A stretch of DNA of 61,419 bases, the filler included, from Choristocarpus tenellus KU-1152 (Eukaryota > Protista > Phaeophyceae): NCBI GenBank assembly GCA_964200185.2. It is 11 parts of 11 records of this genome, joined end to end, with 100 filler letters (N's around TTAATTAATTAA, not from the genome) between each part and the next. Parts side by side here need not be neighbours in the genome. Positions count along the whole stretch, not along the records: positions 1 to 16,512 come from CAXNAD020000814.1; 10 more parts are not named here. One strand, given 5' to 3'. Below are positions 1 through 12,239 of this stretch, piece after piece. The translations under genes and the position numbers were made by a program. Numbering within the stretch: the first letter of the stretch is position 1; each line of letters opens with the position of its first letter. The notes below the pieces were generated by a model, which worked only from the letters and a program-made list of their open reading frames with translations, was not told the DNA's origin and did no database searches.

Positions 1-349
1 ACGGTTCTTGGCTGAGTTTGTATTTTTTTTTTAGGTTGTGGACAATGAGAAGATGCGTGGGGGGGGGGGGAGTCTACCATGCCAAAAAGGTGTGTCATGG
101 TTGGATGTGCATATAGTAGAGAAGAGTAGGGTAACCTTCACTTTATGTCATGGAGATTGTAGTGTGTTCTAGTGTGTGAGGGGTGAATGGTGATGACTGA
201 AGGAAGATGTTACGGAAGCAAGCAGGAACAATCCAACTCCTCAAAAATCATTGCTTCTTGAGTTGCACATTGCATATGATGAGAGTAAATAATAGCTGTT
301 GCTACTGCCTGCCACAGATGATTGCCAGGCACCATAATGAGGTTGGCAC

Positions 350-1814
350 CTGCTTTGTTGAGACCAGTTCTGGCCCTAGGAATTCTGCATAGTCACTCTG
401 CAAGGTGGTGACGACCCCCTCCATGTCGAAGGTCTTTGGAACAACCTTACTCAGCTCAATTTCCAAGATATCTGTTGTTGATGCTGATCACATGGGATTA
501 CCAAAGACCAGTTGTGAGGTTGTTTCAATATTACTGTTATTTTTAATCAAGTATTCTTCTTCTCTGGCCACTACTTGATAACAGACTTGAGACCCTCGGG
601 AAAATGTGAACAACAATAATGTATGTATATATATATTATAATAGTGGAGGGTGGGTGGGAAGTGAATTACAGGGGCGATTGTTGAGGCTTTGATACCATG
701 CGTGATGAATCAATGTTCAGTGCTTGAATCAGGAGGAGCTTTTTCATTATCTAATATTCTTAGTAGCAAGCAGTAGATACTCGTTTTGCCAGTTGCTCCC
801 CTCAGGTTACTGAGGGTCTGAAAGAGAGAGAGTTGTGTGTGAAGTTCTGCGTCGGATCTCATCTTCTTATTGTTTGCTCCATGTCAGGCGAGGTAATACT
901 AGTAGTGGTATCACCTGCAAAAAATTGTCAGTTGAACACAACATAACATAATTACTCTTGTTGCGCATGAGGATGCATGCAAATGTTGGTGTCTATTGTA
1001 CACAACAAACTTACCCACTACATTTCTCATGATTAAAAAAAAGATAGGTACTAGTACAACATGTACTTCAAATGTTGATGTCAAATATACATAAGCCCAC
1101 CTATTATCTACCTTAATGATTCCAAATAGATAGGTATCGTTACAACATATACTTCCTTCACTACTACTTGGAAGTAACAGTTACAATGTATCGAGTGGGG
1201 ATTAGATGGTAGTACATTTGAAATGAAAAACAAAACTAGAGATGTTTAGCTACCATGAAAAGGAAGTGGGTACGTTGTATCCAAAGGGTTAATAAAATAC
1301 AACACAAAAATAACCAGTCAAAAATGAAGTAGGGTGAAGGGGTTGAAGGTTGAAGTTGGAGGATCAACAATAGTACGATTGACCAAAAAAAGGGTTATCT
1401 CACAATTAATATTATTGCACCATTTCTATCTCCAGCACCTCTGTGGTCAAGCATAACAGGGTGATCCCCATCTACTTCTCTCCGGACTATAGGTGATGAC
1501 TCGCAATGATAATGAAGTAATCGATTAATCTGAGTAGCAAGAAGATGTCAGAACCAAACAAGAAGAACACATATTGTAGCGCTGGTGATGGGATCACTCT
1601 GAGACCAGACGAAAGAAATGAGCTGCTAGCCATCCGTTCAGCTAGGATAACATCATCGAATAAGAACAAGGAATGGAAGGTGAATCGACTTACCCCCCAT
1701 GCAATTCTCGTCTTCAACCACCGTTTCGTACTCGAGGGCAAGGGCAGGTACTGGGTCGTACTTCAAACCAAATCGAAGAGGTATAAATCTCCTAGTTGAA
1801 GGCGGCAACTCCAT
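350..1814 (-). CDS. CEP19-like centrosomal/ciliary protein, partial (exons 1694-1814 and 350-471; intervening and downstream exons unresolved)
   Basis: Exon 1 reads MELPPSTRRFIPLRFGLKYDPVPALALEYE and ends at a GTAAGT donor. The CAG/GT-bounded exon 350-471 reads ILEIELSKVVPKTFDMEGVVTTLQSDYAEFLGPELVSTKQ. Both resemble the CEP19 N-terminal region (P.RFGLKY.P..L.LEY...FLGP..V...Q) as I recall it from protist homologues. Confidence 0.6.
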
Positions 1815-2243
1815 TATGCCGATCTGTCTATCTATGTTCAATTCGTTCCCTCACTCTGGCTATCTCAAACACTCATCCCCTAATACAACCATCCATCAAC
1901 CCCTACTCACTCTTTTTGTATTGTGTGCGTTGTGGACCATGTTACGAGTCAAACTTTTTCTGTTATCTCACGTACGTCATTTCACGTAACGGTCAATCTT
2001 GACAGACAAATTTGAAATTGGGATCTGCAGACTACTTTGAACAGTCAATCCGAACCAATTCAATTTCAAGCTCAGTTTTGAAGACGAACAGATAAAGATT
2101 TGCGATCTGATTGGGGATCTGAAGAAGGCAAAAAGCGAACAAATGTGTGGCATCTTGAGTTGGAGAGGGGAGATGTTGTAGTTGGGGTGGCTGAATTGCT
2201 GCAGATTGCTTCGGGCTAAGAAGGTGGTTTGCATCCTGTCAAG
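1815..2243. promoter_or_regulatory. Putative bidirectional promoter between the CEP19-like and kinesin-like genes
   Basis: About 430 bp separate two divergent ATGs (1814 on -, 2244 on +). There is a cluster of ACGT cores at ~1968-1990. Confidence 0.5.
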
Positions 2244-5200
2244 ATGGTCTTGGGTACCAGTTGTAATCGTGGTATGAGCGACATGGACTTCGTTTCACCC
2301 TTCGGCCTTCGCCCGTCTCCTGTGGTAAAGGTTGTTGTGAGATTCAGACCCCTTCTGAAGGAAGAGACTAACAGTGGTGATATACCTTGCGTCTCATGTC
2401 GTGGGTAAGTGCTCATCCGTTTCGTTGTCAGCAAATTGTAGGCTGGAACATCATCCTTCGATGACATTGAATCGCAACTATGTTCTATGCATGAAGAGAT
2501 CACTCACCCGTGAAACCACAGTGGCAAGGTGAAGCTGAAGCCACCCAAGCATTTGGCGGCTGCTGGTGGAGTGCGGGAGTTTGAGTTCGACAGGGCAATT
2601 GCACCCACCTGCGGTCAGGGAGAGGTTGGTGTATCCCCTGAAATTCGATCTCAGTACACCGTGTCCTGGCACCTATTGGGTGCGAGTTTGAGTTTCTCCC
2701 AATTTACATGACCCACCTCATCTTTCAGTCCAATCTTTGCCGCCCAGGTCCTAACATTTGTACCTCATCACCAACACGGCCCTTAAGGTGTTCGATGTGA
2801 CCACTGCTCGATTGATCGATAGAGCCATCCAGGGTCGTGATGGGGTCGTCATTCTGGCAGGTACCCCTCGGTCTGGTCGCACCCACACTCTTTGGGGATC
2901 CTCTTCAGCCCCTGGGATACTCCGCTCGGCCATGTCTGCTCTCTTGCGTGGGTGTGATGAGGAGGTGGTTCTTAGACTTTGCGTAGCTGAGGTGTGGGGA
3001 GACGATGCTCGGGACCTTCTCGTGGACAGTGTGGAAGGGAGCAGCACCGGGGTTGGGGGTGGGTCATCTGGAGGGGAAGACCCAGGTTCGGGGAGTAAGT
3101 CACCGAGCAAGTGGATATCTCCATCCCGTGCTTTCATGGCGATGCTCCCATCACCCACTCGGACCAGGAAGCAAGTTCGTGTCCTGCGCGCGTCACGGGT
3201 GCTTGCTGTGGGCGAAGCTTCTGCCCTCAGTCTGGACGATGCGCTAGATATGATCCGACAGGTAACTTGCCCAAGAAATTTCGGAGGAGCTGCCACAGAA
3301 TAAGCAGCTTAGAGATAATTGAAATGAACCAAGTGTATCTTTTGACAACTTTATTTCAGCAGATAGGAGGGATTTGTCTTGATTTTCTGCTTAGGCGGTT
3401 ATCATCCCTACAGTTCAGTCCAGCTCAAAAAAATAGCTACTTGAGAGAAGTTGGGTTCAAGCTTTCCCGTAGGAAATTGTGCCCATAGCCTTTGTGCTTT
3501 TATTGACCTTAACCGTTTCCCCTGATTATTTGTATACACGAGTACCTTGAAGTTGCATTGAAGAAAATCTTGATATCCTTTCATTTTGTTTTTTAGTTGA
3601 TGCCCTTGTTTTAGGCCTTACGTGAGTTTGCCCTGAACAGTCCTGGTGTGCTGAGGAATTGGTGTCACTTGTGGAAGGTCAATAGCATTCAATACTCTTC
3701 CAAACCAGAATATCCCATTCATACAGGGTATACAAAACCAGCGGTTTGGGCACCTGGTGATTGGAGCGAAGATGTTGCAGCAGGATCGAAATAAAGGCGC
3801 ACCGAAAGGGCAAATGGAGGAGGTGAGCTGTTTTATTGTCTACAGCACATGCATGGTATTCCCTGAAGGTTACAGCTTGTTGTCGAAATGAGGAATTGCA
3901 AGTGCACCAACCTAAACAATCGGGCATTTGGTCTCCTCACCAGGTCATTTTCCTTTTATTGGGGCTGTTCTGATCAACTGCCTTGCGACTGTACCCAGGG
4001 TGTCACACATGTACAGAGTCCTTGTAAGCAACAAACAGAACAATGAGGTGCAGACTTCATATCGTCCTTCTTCATACATGTATATTTTCCCCCGTCTCCA
4101 TTCTCCTCCCTTCATGCATTGCACCATATGTGCACCTGTTCCTATTAGAACCAATGGATCCAGACTCTTGTCCACAGTGTCATTACCATAACCATCTGAT
4201 GCTAACACTGTTATTTTCAACATCTTACGATGGAGTTCTGATATTAGATAAACCCGTAATTCACTTCTTGTCATTACTCTCAACCCTCCATGTCACAAAA
4301 TAGAGTAGGCACAGGCAACTAACTATTCACAGGGTCTTATGTGCTGAATACTCGATTTTATGATGCACAGCTGGCATGTAACCTTAATTTTCTGTCCTTC
4401 AAAATCATCCTTAATTCTACCTCTCTCATCCCTGTGTTGCATTGCAAGGCTGAAAATTGAACTACCCACCACCATGACAGGTGACTGGAGAGCTACTATT
4501 TGTTGAAATCGGCAATGAAAAGCCAGGTGATCTAGTCGGCTCTTTGGAGAGAGTAATGGCATCTCTGAAGGTCAGTGACCATAAATCATACGGGCAACTC
4601 TTTGGACTTGTTGCAAGAACCTCACAACTGTCTCTTGTGCATGCCTCTCTGACCACTAACAAACAAACATTTTTTCGGCGCATGCATCCCAAGTTCTGTT
4701 TTCAGGGGAACTCAACTCCCTTTGCTCAAAGTCAGTGCTACCACCCCTTACCCCTTCCCCCTTCCCAGCATCTTCAACATTTTCTGTTACACTATTCCAA
4801 GACCCATTTAGATAAGTGGTGCCTCCTACCTCAATCCTCCTTTACTCTAACTACACTCATAATCCTAAAGTTCCTTTTATTGCCTCCCTTTCCTCTGCTG
4901 TCTCATACCCAACTTCCATCCGTTTGGAGTTGCTGTTGCTCACAAACCCATCGCCAATCATATGTTTGCCCACTCCTAATGGTAGATGGGGGCCCCAGGC
5001 GCAGCGCAGCCTCCCCTGAGTCCGCATCACCACCCTTCAAGCAAAAGGCTGCTTGAGCTCATTGAAACGGCTGCAGCCCATCAGATGCCTTCTCACAGCA
5101 TATCCAGCTCAAACGGTTCTATGAAGGCGCAGGGGCTTCGGGGGCGAGGGGGAAGCCACCTGCAAATAGATGGATTGGCAGCATCACTACTGGTCACACT

Positions 5201-8200
5201 GCGGGCAGGAACTGAAGGTTATGTTGAAAAGAGCACCGTTCTCAAGGTGACCTTGGGGTGAGGAGAGTGGGGGGGGGATGCTGAGCAGATGTTTGGGATG
5301 ATTAGGCAATATTTAGGGTAGGAGAATAAGGGGGATGAAGTGCAAACTTTTGAGGTGATGAGGATATCTTGACTCTGTGTAAGAATGACCACATACAAAA
5401 AATGAGAACTTGTACATGACACTCACTAAGATGTGCTGTATTAGACAATGCTCCATTTTTTTTCTTGAGTCTTGTGTACTGTAGTGCACTCAACCTGCCT
5501 GTGTTGTCGCCTTGTTCCATCAAACCTCTGCTTTGCATCATTAGGGACAACAAGCTTTAGATGTTTTCTAATGTTGCTTTATGATGTTCAATTACAGTGG
5601 TCAATGGGATTTACCTCATGTACATTGCAAAATGTGTCTTGTTCTGCAGTGTTTAGAGGTTACCTGTTGAAACAGCCATCATTTGTCCAGGGAACTATGA
5701 TGAGACACCCAGCCTGATTCATGTACTCTGATTGCCCTACTCGTGCCCTGAATGTCAAAATGCAAGATATTGCCCCTACTTCTTGCACCCTTATTGCAGC
5801 ACCACCCCGTGCACACCTGTGAAACGTACATGAAAATCTTCAACAGGCCCTGGCAAGCGCTAGTCGTTCAACACGCAATAATGGGGCTAAGGAGCGCTCA
5901 TTACTAGCCAATGGCAGAAGTATGTCCTTCAATCGAGTGAGTCAGGCAGGAGGTCACCATAGCACCATGTACCCATTCATTTTTGTAACAGATGAAGTGT
6001 AGAGAGCAGCCTGTGCCTCTTGCCCACCTTTTTGGTGAGTCGATGTGCTGTCTTCAACCTATCTTTATCTTTATCTTATCTTTTCTTTCCCTCATTCTTG
6101 CTCTAACCAATCTCCATCTTCACTTCTTTTCCAGCCCTTACCTTGGATCCCAAATTGACTAAACCTTTCATCCAAACCGTGCACAGATGCTTAGCATCAG
6201 GAGATCTGGGAAGAAACAGAAGGAGGAGAGTACACCTTCCAAGCTGGCAGTTACACCAGCACATCCATCAGCTCCCCCCATGTCCCCTCCTGTCTCCTCT
6301 AATTCCTCCTCACCTGGAAGCAAGGAGTCCCTCCACGCAACTTGGCCAACCAACTCTAGCCTCAAAGCATCCATAGAGGAAGATTCCTTGTTGAGGCATT
6401 CTTGTGGTGAGATTGAAAGGGGAGTTGTGGAAGGGGAAATCTCCTCTTCCCCATCAAAGGAGAGCTTGACAGCTGTAGCTGGGGGGCAATCCAAAACAAT
6501 GGAGGCTGGAGAAGTGAAACGGGTGACTACAAACAGTGGGGGCAACATTCCAAATGCCTTGGCTTTGGAATGGGTCCCAGAGAACAAAGCTAAAAAGGGG
6601 CGCAGTCCTGGTGTGTGGGAATCACTGGTGACAGCGAGCATGAACTTATCGTTTCCACCTCAGACTGAAGAGCAGAGATTGCCTATCACATCTCCTCATG
6701 CCGAGGAGGAGGAACAGCAATGGGAGCAGGGAAAGGAGATGAGGGATGTGCCTGGGTTGGGTCGTGGAAACCAAGGGCAGAAGAAACGCCTAGGGGGTCC
6801 ATCTACCGTTCACACTGCTGTAATGCGACGGGGGGGTGGAGTGCAACGTTTGCAACCTCCTCCTCCCCCACCCAAGGCGCCAATACCTGTGGAGCTGTGC
6901 CTCCTGTCCCGGGAGGAGTTGGTGGCGAGGGTACAGGAGGTGACACAGTAGAGGGAATTTCACTGTGTATCAATCTCTAATTCAATTACAGGGGTGTGTT
7001 TCTGTAGATAGCTTTCTGGTCAGATGCTCTATGAAATGTGGTTCGAGAATGCTATTGTGCACGTCATAGACCTCTCTTCTATCCTTTATCGTGTGCCCAA
7101 ACCTGCAATAGGGCAATCTGGTGAGTGACTGGTGACAAAACAACCCACCGAGACCCATTCTGCAATAGTGTCAACCTTCTTCCAGATCCCAAACATCGTG
7201 ACACCCAGGCTTTGTCAAATCTACTCTCTCCCCAAACCAATTTCCCAGGTTTGCCTCAATTGCACCTCTTGTTTTTGACCGTCCTCACCTTGGCAGGCTG
7301 AGAAATCATCTGCCTATTGGAAGGATCGATGTGCTGATACGGAAAAGAAACTCGCTGCTGCCCGAGTGGCCCTTGAGTTTGCTGCCCCGAGGACTAGAGT
7401 TGCAAACAGCGAAGGAGCTTTGTCCCCAAAATCCAGTCCAGTTAAAGAGCGAAGCTCAACAGTTGATGAAGAGAAGAACATCAGGGATGTGGAGAAGGAC
7501 ATCCCTCACAAGTCTAGAGCGCCTGGGTATGTCAAACTCACCCGTCCTGTTCTGTCTCATCACACAGACCCTATAGCTGAGTTCTGTACGGACTACGAAG
7601 TGACCGTTCCATCTTCTGCAAGCAATTCTCCTGGTGGCGATGTGGATTCGGTAAGTGGGTCTGAGGACAAACAGTCATCATCACCAGCAGTCTCGCCTCC
7701 TGAGTTGCGACACCCACGGCGAGCAGAACTCGTTGCAGCTGTGGAAGGGTCACAGGTGGGTGCAGAAGCAAGGGCTGTGGAGGAGGAAGTTTTCCATGAC
7801 CTGAGACACCACGTGCATCAAGGGAAGACCAAAGAACAACAACTTCCATCTGGAGCAGGCTTTGGGGGAGTAAGGGGCAATGTGGCAGATAAGGCACGAC
7901 CTAAGTCCCTGTCTATGCCAGCTGCCAGAACACGGTTGGCTGTAAGGGGGGACAATGTAGGCATGTCATCACTGTCGCCTTGTTCGGAAATGGAGGACAC
8001 GGTGTCAGTGTCTACTGCAGCGGAGAAGGTTGCAGCAGTGGCCTCGGTTGGTTCAGGGGTAACAGGTGTTGAAGGTTGTAGCAGCGAAGGGGGAAGGGGA
8101 ACGAGAGCGAACAGTGGGTGCCTTGGAGGTACCAGTACTGGTAATAGTGAACATCTTACTTTGAGTAAGGTGGGGCGTAGGAGATTGAATGAGAGGAAGC

Positions 8201-8430
8201 AGGTGGTTTCGCAGGGGGGAATCTCGAAGCAGGCAGCCAGGTTGACCACTTTGAACAAGATGGTAGGTCAAAGCCAAACCGTTGATGGTGTGCAAGCAAC
8301 AGGGCAGGTTAGTCGCCTGAGTTGGCAAGGAACGAGGATAGGGAGGAAATCCAGGGAAGGGGTGAGAGCAGAGGATGGGGGTGCCAATGTCAAACCTGAG
8401 GGCTTCTCCCTCACATTGCCAGCTCATTGA
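2244..8430 (+). CDS. Divergent kinesin-like protein, ~1053 aa (exons 2244-2404, 2522-2624, 2788-3261, 3727-3822, 4481-4570, 4986-5246, 5847-5936, 6187-6939, 7297-8430)
   Basis: All nine exons are AG/GT bounded and phase-compatible. Kinesin motifs appear in order: VKVVVRFRPL, REFEFDRAI, GQGEVF, GTPRSGRTHTLWG, AEVWGDDARDLL, GELLFVEIGNE, SLLVTLR...STVLK. The long S/G/E-rich tail has a short coiled coil (SREELVARVQEAEK...KKLAAARVALE). Confidence 0.8.
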
Positions 8431-11400
8431 GATTTGCCACCGTGGCCCGGAAGATGTCAACCTCCAGTCATTCAAACCTCAGGTGGAGAGTTTAAGGTTT
8501 ATGGATCTTAGTATAAAATGTTTTAATGTTAATATAGACGAATATTTCCCAAAGTTTTTCCCATTCTTCTGGTGTATTACTTGTGCGTATCCGTGTTCTC
8601 TATTGTCTGACAAGGATAGTACAGGAACTACTGGTGACCAACAGTGCCCATAGCTTCGATGGCTTCTGACCAGTTGTTGCTGCACATGATGTGTGTCTGT
8701 GTATTTTGTGGACTATGTCGGAAACCTAGTAATGACTTAGTAGGTAGCACTATTTTTTGCCCTCTTCTCTATGAAGTTAGTTCGTGATTGTATGATTAAT
8801 AAATGGGGGCAGCAATGGATAATATGTTTGTGTATCAATCACGCACAAACCAGGTGAACTTGAACTTCCAGAGATAAGTTTGAGTTTTGGAATGATGATT
8901 TAGTTTTGCTTCACAAGCAATACTTGTCTGATGATCAGTACATGAGATACGATTTCACTGTACGTTGGTGGTGTTGCAGTGGAGTGGGTCATGAAAGTGG
9001 ATGGGATGTCATTTTTTCGGATGGACTGCATTTTTTTGTCACTAATTTACTGAGTGAGGATACTGAGGTGGACCATTCTAATGGAGGCTGGGACGACTGG
9101 AATGAGTACAAGGATGGACCTCCTTGCTCGATTTCCCCCCTAGTTCTTCTTTCTCTTGCTGATACACCATCTATACGGTGGATGTATCGCTGTTTTTGAT
9201 GTCTTTGTACTGTCTTTGTACTTGTAAGCTGTTTTTGATGTCTTTGTACTTGTAAGGTTAGGATTGGAGATGGTGGGGTAAGAATGGGAGGGTATTCGCT
9301 GCTCATTGTTTTATGCATTGGTGCATGATTTTTGCATGAAGTTCCACCCCTACCGACTTAGCTGACTTGTAGTAAGTAGATCATGATGGGATATAATTCG
9401 TGAGTTTTCACCATGTTGAGGTAGCAGCATATGTGTGATGAGAAAAAATAAATGACAATCACCACTTGTGTCGTTGTTCTTGAACTCTGATTGTGGTACC
9501 CTTATTGCTCTATGCATGCTATTGTTGAGGCTACATAATCACAGGGCTGACAGACTGGTGTATTTAATGCACTCCTCCAGCAAGTGACTGGCAAAGCACC
9601 ACCTGTGAATGGTCACAGGCTTGGCTTATAGTGTAACAGGGTGCACACCCTGCAACTTCTGTCGATGCCAACTGAGCCATCATTGACTCTCCCTTCAGCA
9701 CCTAGTTCACATTGATTGTGCCACACACATTCGATTCTTGCGCCTCTTGATTGTCTGTTGTATGTGAGCATGCCATGCATGAGTCAACTGGCCACTCCTA
9801 GAGGAGCATTTCTGAGCCATAGTATCCTAGCTAGAGGGTGGTGTTTTCAGACCCTTTACTTTAGAGTGTAAGGGGCATAAAACATCTTATCCCAGACACC
9901 CTTATGCCCATGACCTAAAATGTAGGCAATACTATTTAGGAGGCTTGGGACTGAAGAGGGGGAAAATGTCTGTCCATGCCAGCACAAAATCGTCCTTCAG
10001 AGTTCTAGGTACATGTGTACCAAATATATCTCACAAAGTCCCTGCTTACATTGAACGATACTCTCTAGGATGCTATGACTCATCTATGCTATTGAAGCAT
10101 AGTAGGTGCATGCATTTTGTACGGCACTTGTACACCTTGGATGCCCAAGCTCTACGGCGGTCACGACAGGAGAGATTCACAACAAAGAAGATTTCAGTTG
10201 AAAAGAACAGATGCAGAGCCACAGGACCCTAGCATCGTTGGTGGCGAGATGCTTAGAAGCTGCGTACCATAGAACAAAAGTTTACCTAGCCAAAGTTCCT
10301 ATCCCTCTCCTTCACATGCCAGAGCCACACACAGATTGTTACACCAAGCTTGCTTCCTACACCTCTCTTGTATGGGCTCATGCCAGATACATTTCTCTGT
10401 ATAGATGCATGGCCTAGCGAGTCCCAGGGGGGCAGGCAGGACTACCAAAACGTAAAACTGTGTCTTGGTGTGATGTAGTATTTTGTGCTGCAGTTGCATA
10501 CCCGGAATGTGCAACCTACAAGGTATCTACAACTGAGTCCGGAGCATCACAACAAAAGTACATAAATCTAACAAAGGGCAGCAGCAGGTCCTCAATTTTG
10601 TCGGTTGGGAGATGTTAGTTGCCATGTAGACCACACCAGTCACACCAAAAACCCTTGATTCCAATTGCCTCTTACCTCTCCAGGAGGGGGCAATTTATTG
10701 AGTAGTACATGGTACAGGTCTACAACCTATAATACTTCCGACTAAAGCACCAAATATTCAGAAATAATATTTACAGCAAATTGACTTGATCTCTGCTGGC
10801 AGAAAAATCGACACCATCATGATAACTGAAGAGCAAACAATGACATCAGGGTCCAGTCCACCTTCCACAGCCTCCTCCATCCATTTTACACATTGTATGA
10901 GTGCATATCATACACACTCCAGCAGTACATACAATTATGCAATTAGCATGAAGTGATGTGGGTGTAAGGCACAGCAACAAACTAGCCAAAAAAATCGGCA
11001 CTCCATCTCCTCTACACATTATTGAAATGTATAGTCTGCACTAGGATTTTGTCCGTCTTGTCCATATTAAGGCCCTTCCCAAAACCCTGTCTCATGTTAG
11101 CAGTAAAATATTACAAAAAACAAAGAGGAAGAAGCAAATAGGAAAAGGAAGGAGAATAAATCGGTCTTCCTCCCAGCAGTAAAAAACATTCTCTGTACAC
11201 CATTCTTGATCCCTTTGTTACCTGCACGCTACCCAGCAAACAAACAACAAACGCCTCACCCAAGCACTGTAGGGGTGAACCGATGCTGTGTCAAACAGTG
11301 ATGCAATACATCTACCCAGACCACTTCACAGTGGCCCCAACACCCAACCCCACCCCTCTCTTTCCCTCTGTGCATATCCACAAAACAGGATGACAAGACT

Positions 11401-12239
11401 CCCGTCCATTCACAAGTTATTGTTGTTCTTGACCTTCCTTGCCCTCTTTTTGAGAGTCTACCTGTCTCCACCTATCTCGTGTTTTTTACCTATCTAAGTC
11501 ATACTTCTGTCACCTGGGACAGAATAGTCCATTGCCAACACAAACATGACAGCACAGCAGCACCAATAGTGCCTATAAGTAAGCACACAGTACTTGCCAA
11601 CAGTAGTGGCACACTGGAATCTTGAATACCAGTGAAATAATAAAAACCACAACCATCAGTATCACTTTTCACAGGATCTGGCTAGAACCAATGCTCCCTC
11701 TTCCTCCTCCAACTCACAAAGGTTAACCATCCCACTATGACGAGAGGGTCACACACGAAAAACCAAACATCCTCCGGTACTCTGATGGGAGTGGGGGTGG
11801 CAAAGTTGATGACAAGATAATTCATCAATATTAACCAGCCCCTAATAGAAAAAAGGCTTGTGTGAGATGGAAACGAAACAGACCAGTAGATGAACTGCCT
11901 GCCCAATCAACAAATGCAACCTGAAGCTCTCCTCCCACCACCCCTCCCCCCCCTATGCCATGACCTGATGCAAATTCTTATCTAAGTAGCACCGATACTA
12001 CAACTACCCTGTCCCTACACAACTGAACCCCCCACATTGACATGATCAAACAACAGCTACACCTTGACCCACAGGTCAATAAACGGTAACCAACAGTGCT
12101 GTCAGAGAGCTCAGGGCCAGCCCTACAAAACACTCATCTCATTGGCCACAACCTGCATAATCTACACTGTCCATCTCAAGTCTCAGTCATGCACCAAACC
12201 CTACCAATAACATCAATACCCTCTCTTCCACAGTCCACA

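Noticed and set aside
3615-3677. Extra kinesin exon ALREFALNSPGVLRNWCHLWK
   Set aside because: It would need a 49-nt intron and does not restore switch I. The direct 3261-3727 join aligns better to the kinesin helix (MIRQGIQNQR). Not excluded without RNA-seq.
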